DNA of 64,000 nucleotides from Centroscyllium fabricii (lineage: Eukaryota), in contig JBNRSN020000001.1 in NCBI GenBank assembly GCA_051313645.2, positions 595,448,001 through 595,512,000 on the forward strand, read 5' to 3'. The notes under the pieces are model-generated. The model was not told the DNA's origin and ran no database searches. It worked only from the letters and a program-made list of their open reading frames with translations. Numbering within the stretch: the first letter of the stretch is position 1; each line of letters begins with the position of its first letter. A program made the translations under genes and the position numbers. This document shows positions 51,612-62,573 of the stretch, piece after piece.

Positions 51612-52623
51612 GGCTAGGTTCAGATCGGCCATGTGATCTCCTGGACCAGTTTTCGATCGCCTAGATGGGTCGGAGAGGAATTTTCCTGATTTTTTTTCTC
51701 CCAAATTGGCTACTGTTTTTTTTAATCTGGTTTTTCGCCTCTCCCAGGTGATCACATGGGTCTGGGCGGGGTGGAGAGTAAAAATAAAATTGAGGTTAGG
51801 ATCAGATCAGCCATGATCTTGTTGAATGGCGGAGCAGGCTCGAAGGGCCGATTGGCCTACTCCTGCTCCTATTTCTTATGTTCTTATCGTACTGAATGGC
51901 GGAGCAGGCTCGAAGGGCCGAATTTCCTACTCCTGCTCCTATCTTCTATGTCTAAATGGCTTACCCCTTATCCTTAGACTGTGACCCCTGGTTCTGGACT
52001 CGCCCGCCATTGGGAACATCCTTCCTGTATCTAGTCTGTCTAGTCTTGTTAGAATTTTATCAGTTTCAATGAAATCCCCTCTCATTCTTCTAAACTCCAG
52101 CGAGTACAAGCCCAATCGACTCAATCTCTCCTCATAAGTCATTCCTGCCATCCCAGGTATCAGCCTGGTGAATATTTGCTGCACTCCTTCCATGGCAAGA
52201 ACATCCTTCCTCAGATAAGGCGGCCAAAACTGCACACAGTACTCAAGGTGTGGTCTCACCAAGGCCCTGTACAAATGCCGCAAGACATCTTTGTTCCTGT
52301 ACTCAAACCCTCTCGCTACGAAGGCCAACATACCATTTGCCTTCTTAACCGCCTGCTGCACCTGCATGCTTACCTTCAGCGGTTGGTGCACAAGGACACC
52401 CAGGACTCGCTGCATGTCCCCTTCTCCCAATCTATTGCCATTCAGATAATAATCTGCCTTCCTGTTTTTGCCACCAAAGTGGATAACCTCACATTTTTCC
52501 ACGTAATATTGCATCTGTCATGCTTCTGCCCAATCACCCAAACTGTCCAAATCATCCTGGAGTTTCTCGGCATCCTCCTCACAGCACACACGCCCACCCA
52601 GCTTTGTGTCATCTGCAAACTTG

Positions 52624-53267
52624 GAAGGCAAATGGTATGTTGGCCTTCGTAGCAAGAGGGTTCGAGTACAGGAACAAGGATGTCTTGCGGCAGTTGTACA
52701 GGGCCTTGGTGAGACCACACCTCGAGTACTGTGTGCAGTTTTGGTCGCCTTATCTGAGGAAGGATGTTCTTGCCATGGAATGAGTTCAGCGAAGATTCAC
52801 CAGGCTGATTCTGGGATGCCAGGAATGACTTATGAGGAGCGATTGGGTCAATTGGGCTTATACTCGCTGGAGTTTAGAAGAATGAGAGAGGATCTCATTG
52901 AAACTTATAAAATTCTGACAGGATTGGACAGACTAGATGCAGGAAGGATGTTCCCGATGGTCGGGGAGTCTAAAACCAGGGGACACATTCTAAGGATAAG
53001 GGGTAAGCCATTTAGGACAGAAATTAGGAATTTCTTCGCCCAGAGAGTGGTGAACCTGTGGAATTCTCTGCCACAGAAGACAGTAGAGGCCAATTTATTA
53101 AATATATTTAAGAAGGAGTTGGATATATTTCTTAAGGCTAAAGGGATCAAGGGATATGGGGAGAAAGCAGGGACAGGGTACTGAATTTTGATCAGCCATG
53201 ATCACATTGAATGGTGGAGCAGACTCGAGGGGCCGAATGGCCTACTCATGCTCTTCTATGTTTCTAT
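52624..53267 (+). mobile_element. CR1 3' fragment, head-to-head with the minus copy
   Basis: ORF2 C-terminal motifs and tail. Confidence 0.85.
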
Positions 53268-53269
53268 GT

Positions 53270-54673
53270 AAATGTTGCCTCCCTGGTGCAAGGGTCAAGG
53301 ATGTCTCGGAGCGGGTGCAGAGCATTCTGGAGGGGGAGGGTGAACAGCCAGTTGTCGTGGTACATGTAGGTACCAACGATGTAGGTAAAAAAAGGGAGGA
53401 GGTCCTACAAGCTGAATTTAGGGAGTTAGGAGATAAATTAAAAAGTAGGACCTCCAATGTAGTAATCTCTGGATTGCTACCAGTGCCACGAGCTAATAAG
53501 AATAGAGAGAGCAGGATAGTTAGGCTAAATACGTGGCTTAAGCAGTGGTGCAAGAGGGAGGGATTTAAATTCCTGAGGCATTGGAACCAGTTCTGGGAGA
53601 GGTCGGACCTGTACCAAAGGGACGGTCTGCACTTGAACGGAGATGGAAAGGTGTCCTCGGGGTAATATTTACTAAAGCGGTTCGGGAGGTTTTAAACTAG
53701 TATGGCAGGGGGGTGGGAACCTAGGTAGTGGAAAAGAGGGAGGTCATAGGAAGCCAGAAATAAATGGTAGGAAGGTGAGAAGCAATAAGCAAGGGAGAGA
53801 AACACAAAGGGCCAAACTAATTCATAATAGTGTGATCAAAACAAGCCTAAAGGCTTTGTATCTTAATGCAAGAAGCATTAGGAACAAGGTGGATGAACTA
53901 GCTGTTGAAATAGGGGTAAGCAAATATGAGTTGATTGGAATTACGGAAACATGGCTGCAGGGTGGGCAAGGCTGGGAACTCAACATCCTGGGGTATACAA
54001 CATTCAGAAAGGATCGGCACAAAAGAAAGGGAGGTGGGGTGGCATTGCTGGTGAAAGAGGGGATAAATGCGATTGAAAGGAAGGATATTAACTCAGATGA
54101 TATGGAATCTATATGGGTAGAACTAAGAAATAGTAAAGGGCGGAAAACATTAGTGGGAGTTATATACAGGCCTCCAAATAGTAATATGGAGGTGGGGGAC
54201 AGCATAAAAATGGAAATTAGAGAAGCTTGCAATAAGGGCACAGCTGTCGTCATGGGCGACTTTAATCTACATATTGATTGGACTAGCCAAATTAGTAAAA
54301 ATACTGAGGAGGAGGAATTCCTAGAATGTCTACGGGACGGGTATCTGGACCAATATGTTGAGGAACCAACTCGGGATCAGGCCATCTTAGACTGGGTATT
54401 GTGCAATGAGAAGGGACTAATTAGCAATCTAGTTGTACGAGGCCCCTTACATCAGTAGTGGGCAAAATGCTTGAGTCCATTATCAAGGATGTAATCTCGG
54501 AGCATTTGACAATTAGGGATGAGTTCGGACAGAGTCAACATGGATTTACAAAAGGTAAATCGTGCTTGACTAATCTACTGGAATTATTTTGAGGATGTAA
54601 CTGGTAGAATACATGAGGGAGAACCAGTGGATGTGGTGTATATGGACTTTCAGAAGGCTTTCTATAAGGTCCC
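53270..54673 (+). mobile_element. CR1 fragment: ORF1 esterase, ORF1/ORF2 junction, EN and part of RT (internal deletion near 54448)
   Basis: ORFs 53198..53665 and 53775..54458. Confidence 0.88.
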
Positions 54674-56907
54674 TACTAGTCACTGTTTGCCACTCGGAAA
54701 AAGACCCGTTAATTCTTACTCTCTGCTTTCTGTCCGCCAACCAGTTCTCTATCCAAGTCAATACCTTGCCCCCAATCCCATGCCCCTTAACTTTGCACGC
54801 TAATCTGTTACGCGGGACCTTATCGAAAGTCCAAATAAACCACATCCACTGGTGCACCCTTATCTATTTTACCAGTTACATCCTCAAAAAGTTCCAGTAG
54901 ATTAGTCAAGCACGATTTACCTTATGTAAATCCATTTTGACTTTGTCCGATCCGTTCACTGTTTTCCAAGTGCTCTGCTATTACATCTTTTATAATGGAC
55001 TCTAGCATTTTCCCCATTACCGATGTCAGGCTTACCAGTCTGTAATTCCCCGTTTTCTCTACCACCTTTTTTTGAATAGTGGGGTAATATTAGCTACCCT
55101 GCAATCCATGGGAACTGTTCGAGAGTCAATTGAATTTTGGAAGATGGCCAACAATGCATCTACTATTTCTAGGGCCACTTCCTTAAGTACCCTACAATGT
55201 AGATTATCAGGCCCGGGGGATTTATCGGCCTTCAATTGCATCAATTTCCAGAACACCATTTCCCTACAAATACCGATTTCATTCAGTTCCTCCCTCTCTT
55301 TAGTCCCTATGTTCCCCAACATCTCCGGGAGGTTGTTTTTGTCCTCCTTTGTGAAGACAGAACCAAAGTATGTATTTAATTGGTCTGCCATTTCTTTGTT
55401 CCCCATAATAAATCCCCCTGATTCTGACTGCAAGGGACCTACGCTTGACTTCACCAATCCTTTTCTCTTCACATATCTATAGAAGCTTTTACAGTCAGTT
55501 TTTATGTTCCCTGCAAGCTTATGCTCAATCTATTTTCCCCCTCTTAATTAATCCCTTTGTCTTCCTTTGCTGAATCCTAAACTGCTCCCAATCCTCAGAT
55601 TTGCTGCATTTTCTGGCCAATTTATATGTACTCTCCTTGGATCTTATGCTAGCCCTAATTTCCCTCGTTAGCCATGGTTGAGTCACCTTTTTTGTTTTAT
55701 TGTTATGCCAAACAGGGATGAACAAATTCTGTAGTTCATCCATGTGATCTTTATATGTTTGCCATTGCCTATCCAGTCAACCCTTTAAGTAACATTCCCC
55801 AATCCATCCTACCCAACTCACGCCTCATACCATCGTAGTTTCCTTTATTTAAATTCAGGACCCTAGTCTCTGAGTCAACTCCTTCACTCTCCATCTTAAT
55901 AAAGAATTCTACCATATTATGATTGCTCCTCCTCAAGGGGCCTCGCACAAGATTGCTAATTATTCCTTACCCAGTCTAAGATGGCCTGATCTCTAGTTGG
56001 TTCCTCGACATATTGGTCCAGGAAACCATCCCCTGTACACTCCAGGAATTCCTCCTCCACAATCTTTTTACTAATTTGGTTAGCCCAATCTATATGTTGA
56101 TTAAAGTCACCCATGATAACTGCTGTGCCCTTATTGCACGCGTCACTAATTTCCCATTTAATGCCATCCCCAACCTCAGCATTACTGTTTGGGGGTCTGT
56201 ATACAACCCTCACTAAGGTTTTCTGCCCCATGGTATTTATCAGCTCTACCCATACAGATTCCACATCATCAGAGCTAATATCCTTCCTTACAATTGTGTA
56301 AATCCCCTCTTTAACCAGCAATGCTACCCCACCTCCTTTTCCTTTTTGCCTGTCTTTCCTGAACATTGAATACCCTGGATGTTGAGTTCCCAGCCTTGGT
56401 CACCCTGGAGCCATGTCTCTGTAATCCCAATCATATCATACCCATTTACATCTATTCGTACAGCTAATTCATCCACCTTATTACGAATGCTCCTCGCATT
56501 AAGACACAAAGCCTTCAGGCTTGTTTTTTTAACACTTAGACCTTTTAGAATTATTATTTACTATGGCCAAGTTTGATTTAAACCCTTGATTTCTCTGACT
56601 GCCACTTTTGCTTTTCTCCTTCCTGTCTTCTGCTTCTATCCTATCCTTGTTTCCCTTTCCTCTGTCTCCCTGCACAAGTTCCCAACCTCATGCCATTTTA
56701 GTTTAAACCCTCCCCAACAGCACTAGGAAACACTCCCCTTAGGTCCTGCCCAGGTGCAAACCGTCCTGTTTGTACTGGTCCCACCTCCCCCAGAACTGGT
56801 TCCAATGTCCCAGGAATTTGAATCCCTTCCCCTTGCACCTTTCCTCTAGCCACGTATTCATCTGAAATATCCTTCTATTTCTACTCTGACTAGCACGTGG
56901 CACTGGT
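54674..56907 (-). mobile_element. CR1 fragment: ORF1 end, EN and RT start
   Basis: DGLHL, LNARS, ITETW, MGDF and KSPGPD motifs in minus-strand ORFs. Confidence 0.88.
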
Positions 56908-57248
56908 AGGGCTAGGTGGATGCTTTTCAGACTGGTAGTTAGTTGTGTGCCAGGAATCTGTGCAGGGATTTCTTGTTTTTCATTTAAATAATTAAATGAT
57001 TTGAACATAGGCAAGAGGGATAGAACTGAAGTTTGCTGATGATACCAAATTGTGGTATGGCAAACTGTGAGGAAGGATGCAATAGGACATGGACAAGTTA
57101 ATGGAGTGGGCACAAAGATGGCAGATTCAGTGAAACACAGGAAGGAGTAAAGTAGTATATGTGGGGAAAAGGAACAGTGAAAGGAAGTTTATGCAAAACA
57201 TTAAGATTCTTTCAAGTCAAGGAAGAAAACTACAGGTGCAGATACGTA

Positions 57249-57924
57249 GGGGGAGAAATTTGGTTGGTTAGCGTCTCCCATTAGTGCCCGGGGGAGCACT
57301 AACGTGGCAAGAAACCAGGTGTGGCGAATGCAGCGACATCCACGAACTTCAGTGCCGGTTTCTTCATACCGCCTGGGCCTCTAGCGCCTTGCAGATCATG
57401 ATGTCAAAGTGCACAGCACCCAGTTATCAACCCGGATGTGAAATTGCCTCCTGCCCCCTGCTGTATCACCAGGCTTGAACAACGGCAGGAGGAGGAGGCA
57501 TTGTCAAGTCGGCTGGCCGCCTGGGGAGCGCTAATTAAAGGGAACCGTTTTCTCGTAGGCTAACCTTTATTATTTGCACCAGTTTGTTGCCTGTTCAAAG
57601 TTTTTGATGTTTCATTGCTGCAAGATGTCCAAGCCCTCCACTTTGAGTGTGTTTGGGGCTGTAATGGCAGTGTCACAGGTCGCCTTGCAATGCAGAACTG
57701 TCGACAAGTAGGTTGTGCACCATCATTGGCCTCTGATGCCGCCAGCAATGCACCCCAAATTGTTCAGCGCTCTGCCGCTACCACCCCACTTGCTGACTTT
57801 AGCGCCCCAAGAGAAGTGGTTAGCATTTGATTCAGCGCTCCACTTCCCTCTTGGAGCGCTAAAGTACTTTTTTGACTTTTCAAACGTTAGTGCCCCAAAC
57901 GGGGCTAGACCGAATTTCTAGCCC
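57249..57924. mobile_element. Probable MITE with GGG-terminal imperfect TIRs
   Basis: GGGGGAGAAATTTGGT ... ACCGAATTTCTAGCCC; a related right end (gaatttctgccc) occurs near 44850. Confidence 0.55.
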
Positions 57925-58399
57925 TCCAAGGTGGAACTTTGTAATTGTCTACAGCTTTTCTAAAAAGCTGATATACATTCATCCTAATGCCCTGGGCTAT
58001 TCAAAGAAGAAATTATCTGGGGTGAACCCAATACTGAAGCAAGCATCTGTTGGATGTCAGTAGATGAAGACCTGGGAGATTTCCATTCCTACAGGACAGC
58101 TTCCAGATGTATTGTGTGAGATGCCTGTGGATAATTAACAGTGAAATAGATGGAGGATTTTGCTTTTACCCCCACTGGCTTTTGAAAGTAACAACAGATC
58201 AATGCAAAATGGTAATAGATTCACAGGCTATTGATCTTTCATAAGCAAAGCAATGGTTTCAAATGCTGTACTAATTAATGTGTTGCTGGTGCCACACAAG
58301 CACCTTTCAATAGGAGCACAAGAGAGAGCAAACAGAGCAGTTCATTCAATAAATTATTTTCACTCAGGTACACTTCAAATTTGTTTTGAGTAATATTTC

Positions 58400-60815
58400 A
58401 CAGAATCATAGAAAGTTACAGCACGGAAGGAGACCACTTCTGCCTATCGTGTTCGCGCCCGCCAACAAAGAGCTATCCAGCCTAATCTCACCTCCCAACT
58501 CTTGGTCCGTAGCCCTGCAGGTTACAGCATCCCAAGTGCACATCCAAGTACTTTTTTAAATGTGGTTAGTGTTCCTGCCTCTACCACCCTTTGAGGCAGT
58601 GAGTTCCAGACCCCCACAACCCTCTGGGTGAAAAAGCTTCCCCTCAAATCACCTCTAAACCTTCTCCCATTTACTTTAAATCTGTGCCCCCTGGTTTTTG
58701 ACCCCTCTGCTAAGGGAAATATGTCCTTTCTAGCCACTTTATCTGGGCCCCTCAATTTTATACACCTCAATAAGGTCTCCCCTCACCCTCCTCTGTTCCA
58801 AGGAAAACAAGCTCAGCCTATCCAGTTTTTCCTTATAGCCAAGATTCTCTACTCCCGGCAACATCCTTGTAAATCTCCTCTGTACCCTCTCGAGTGCAAT
58901 CATATCTTTCCTGTAATGTGGTGACCAGAACTGCACGCAGTAATCTAGCTGAGGCCTAACTAGTGTTTTATACAATTGAAGCATAACCCCCCATCTCTTG
59001 TATTCTATGCCATGGTTAATAAAGGCAAGCACTCCGGATGCCTTCTTAACCACCTTATCTACGTGGCCTGCTACTGTCAGGGATCTGTGGACATGCACTC
59101 CAAGGTCCCTTTGTTCCTTACCATTTAATGTATATTCCCTTTCATTGTTAGCCCTCCCCAAATACATTACCTCACACTTCTCCGGATTGAATTCCGTTTG
59201 CCACTGTTCTGCCCACCTGACCAATTTATTGATATCTTCTTGCAGTCTGCAGCTTCCTTCTTGAGTATCAACCACACAGCCGATTTTAGTATCATCTGCA
59301 AACGTCTTAATCATAGCCCTATATTCAAGTCTAGATCATTGATATATACAACAAAAAGCAAGGGACCTAATACTGAGCCATGCAGAACCCCACTGGAAAC
59401 AGCCTTCCAGTCACAAAAAAAACAAACAACAATTACCCTCTGCTTCCCGTCTCCGAGCTAGTTTTGCATCCAACTTGACACTTTGCCCTGGATCCCAATG
59501 TGGAAGTGTATTTTCTTGCTTAAATATAAAATGGATTCCTTACACAAAATAAAGACTTAAACTGGCCTACACTATGATTCACCCAATTAGATCTCTAGTT
59601 GTTTACAGTTTAAAACAAAAGGGATGAGTCAATTCAAGGATGTAGAATAGGCACTCTCTATCAAAGATAAGCTTAGAACGTACAAGGACCACGGAGTCTC
59701 TGTTATTAACTAGATAGCCAAGGACATGTGAAGGTAAACATCAGCCCTCAACTCCGATGGCACGGTGGAAGAACAGAGAGACACCATAACAAAAGATTAG
59801 CTAGCCTTAGCTTAAGGTATTTTTGTTCGAACCTTTAACGAATCCTTGAATCAAGTTCTTTTAGTTATTTTGCAAACTCTACTTTTTGCAGTTAACTATG
59901 ATTCAGTACCATGTCATGTGATATAGAATGCCTGCTCTTTTTGTGTATAAATGTGTGGCATTTCGCTTGTGTTCTTTGGAGTGGGCAGCGTAGTCAATGA
60001 CTACATGCACTCCCCTTGCTGCAAGTAAAATAATAAAGCCTATCTTTGACGATACTTTGTGTTCAAAGAGTCTTACTCGGGAGTCGAGACTTCGACACCA
60101 TGGGATATTAACTTTGTGACCAGTCTGCCATGTGGAACCTTGCCAAAAGCCTTGCTAAAGTCCATATACACTACATCAAATGCACGACCCTCATCTACCC
60201 TCCTTGTTACCTCCTCAAAAAATTCAATCAGGTATGTCAGACACGACCTTCCCTTAACAAATTGTGCTGACAATCCTTGATTAATCCGTGTCTTTCTAAA
60301 TGAAGATTTATCCTGTCCTTCAGAATTCTTTCCAATAATTTACCCACCACCGAGATTAAGCTGACTGGTCTGTAATTACTCGGTATATCCCTTTCGCACT
60401 TTTTAAACAAGGGTACCACATTAGCAGTCTTCCAGCAGCACACCTGAAGCCAGAGAGGATTGGAAAATGATGATCAGGGCCTCTGCTATTTCATCTTTTG
60501 CTTCACTTAACAGCCTGGGGTACATTTCATCCGGGCCTGGGGATTTATCCACTTTAAAAGCTGCTAAACACCTTAATACTTCCCCTCTCACTATGTTTAT
60601 TTCATCTAATATTTCACACTCCTCCCGGATAGCAATGTCTGCTTCGCCCCTCTCCTTTGTGAAAGCAGACAAATACGATGGGCCGAAGGGCCTCTTTCCG
60701 TGCTGTATTACTCTATGACTCTATAACCCTACTGACATCTCCTGCCTCCACACACAGATTACCCTCATAATCTCCAATAGGTCTTACCCTTTCTTTAGTT
60801 ATCCTCTTACTCTTA
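58400..60815 (-). mobile_element. CR1 LINE fragment (older subfamily) split by a solo LTR
   Basis: RT motifs in ORFs 58739..59314 and 60073..60672. Confidence 0.85.
59499..60097 (+). mobile_element. Solo LTR (about 600 bp; ERV or Gypsy)
   Basis: TG...CA ends interrupting CR1 ggatccca|tggg; imperfect TSD ccaa/ccat; TATAAA near 59946 and AATAAA near 60033. Confidence 0.75.
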
Positions 60816-61633
60816 ATAATCCGAAAACTAATGAAATATATTAAGGGCAGGATAATGTAGTTTCCATATATGGCTCGGTCAACTTTATTGAACACAAGGG
60901 AATTAATTCAAAATGATTGCCACTGCTACACAAATCTCCCTTTTTCTCTAACTACCCTGGGGTAGAATTATGGGGCCATTAGTGAGTTTTAGCCCACCTA
61001 GAGCTTCAGCTTCACAAATCTCAAAGCATCAGAGTGCACATGCTGTGTGATGTTGGATGGTTTCTGTTGACGCAATGTATTGCCCACACATGCCAACTGT
61101 CTGTGTTTTACGTGAACAATTGCCCACATTTGCTGATGAAAATCTGTGGGGATTTAAAATTCCTGTTTGTTCCACGAGCCATTGTGGCAACATAATGTGA
61201 CTCCTGCATCCAGCAGGAGATAGTCATGTGAAGCTGTAGATTTGATACACTCTGCAGTGCACCTCAATGGATTACTGGTGTAGAATTAACAAAGTTCTGA
61301 TAAGAAATAGGAGCAGGAGTAGGCCGTAGAGGCCTCGATCCTGCTCTGCCATTCAAGAAGATCATGGCTGAACTTCTACATCAACTCCACTTTCCCAGCG
61401 ATGGGGTTCAATCATTCATTCAGTGGGATGCAACAAAAGTCAAGAAAAAAAAACATAAGCTACAGTGTGAGAAGTGTGCAGGAATCTCAGCTCCTGTCCA
61501 TCATAATGCTAATGTAACCCAGGTTGAACTGGAAGAAGCTAAGCCAAGGATATTGGACCTTGAAACACAGAACCAAAGCAGCAGTAACCAGCTATATCAA
61601 GCAAAGAAGGAGTGCAGTGGTCTACATGAGGAG

Positions 61634-62254
61634 GTACATTGCAGGAAGTCCAGAAAAGGATGAAGAAACTAGATCAGCAATACAAAGAAAGAATAAGAAA
61701 TGCAGAGCTTTTTCTGCAACTGGAGACAGAGCAAGTGGAATGGAATTATATTAAAGAGAAAAAGGGCAGCAGTGAAGGAATTTGAAGATAAAAAGATTGA
61801 GTTTAAAAAAAACCTGATTGCCGAATTAGAAGAGAAGAAAAAGATGATTGAGAATGAGAGACTAACAATGGAACTCACTGGAGATTCTATGGAGGTGAAG
61901 CCAATTATGACCAGGAAGTTGAGGAGGAGACCTAATGATCCCGTTCCAATTCCAGACAAAAGACAAAAACCTGCACCTGCGCAGCTAAATTACTTGTTAA
62001 CAGAGGAACAGATTATGGAGGATCTGCGAACTTTTAATAACCTCAAATCTCCAAAAACACCAGCATTTCCTTCTTCTCCTGAGCATCCTCCCAGCACGCC
62101 AGCTGAATCGCCAGCACAGAGATATGAAGCACGATTAGAAGATGGAAAGTTGTATTATGATAAGAGATGGTATCACAAAAGTCAGGCTACCAATCTGGAA
62201 TCCAAGGAGAATACGAAGATCAGCTGTGTAATTAGCTCAGTTGGAACAAATGAG
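61634..62254 (+). pseudogene. SUDS3: Processed (intronless) SUDS3 fragment, +1 frameshift in the A-run near 61760
   Basis: [36 protein letters not shown]...[10 protein letters not shown]...[32 protein letters not shown]...[17 protein letters not shown]...[11 protein letters not shown]. Confidence 0.9.
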
Positions 62255-62573
62255 GATGCCAGTGATGATGAAAGCAAAGGAGAGCTGCTTTCACTGCGAA
62301 ATATAGAACGACTGCATAAAAAACCTAAATCAGATAAAGAAACTCGACTAGTAACAGCAATGGCTGGGAGATCTGAGAGAAATGAATTTGTGAGAAAGAG
62401 AAACAAGCTGAATCCATATGCAAGCACAACCAACCAGGACAAGAAAAAGAAAAAGAATTTTATGATGATGAGATACAGTCGTAATGTGAGATCAAAAGGC
62501 AAACGTTCCTTCAGAGACAAGCAGACTGCTCTGCGGGATGCTCCCTTGAAAAGAAAAACAGTTGATGAAATGA
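62255..62573 (+). pseudogene. SDAD1: Processed SDAD1 C-terminal fragment fused in frame to SUDS3
   Basis: [30 protein letters not shown]...[44 protein letters not shown] matches the SDA1 C-terminus as recalled. Confidence 0.88.

Larger units (their letters stand above)
46931..51885 (+). mobile_element. Full-length, near-intact CR1 LINE
   Basis: 5' UTR with tandem repeats, ORF1, ORF2 (EN plus RT), 3' hairpin and (ttcttatg)n tail. Confidence 0.95.
46597..51951 (+). mobile_element. HE1-type V-SINE (46597-46930 plus 51886-51951), split by the full-length CR1
   Basis: tRNA-like head with A and B boxes; V core; tail atcagccatgatc|...|atcgtactgaatggcggagc. Confidence 0.88.
46188..52623 (-). mobile_element. 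CR1 3' fragment (46188-46596 plus 51952-52623), with a tandem-duplicated 3' segment, split by an HE1 SINE
   Basis: tcggtcCTAAA| ... |CTAAAtggcttacccc continuity; TSD CTAAA. Confidence 0.85.
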
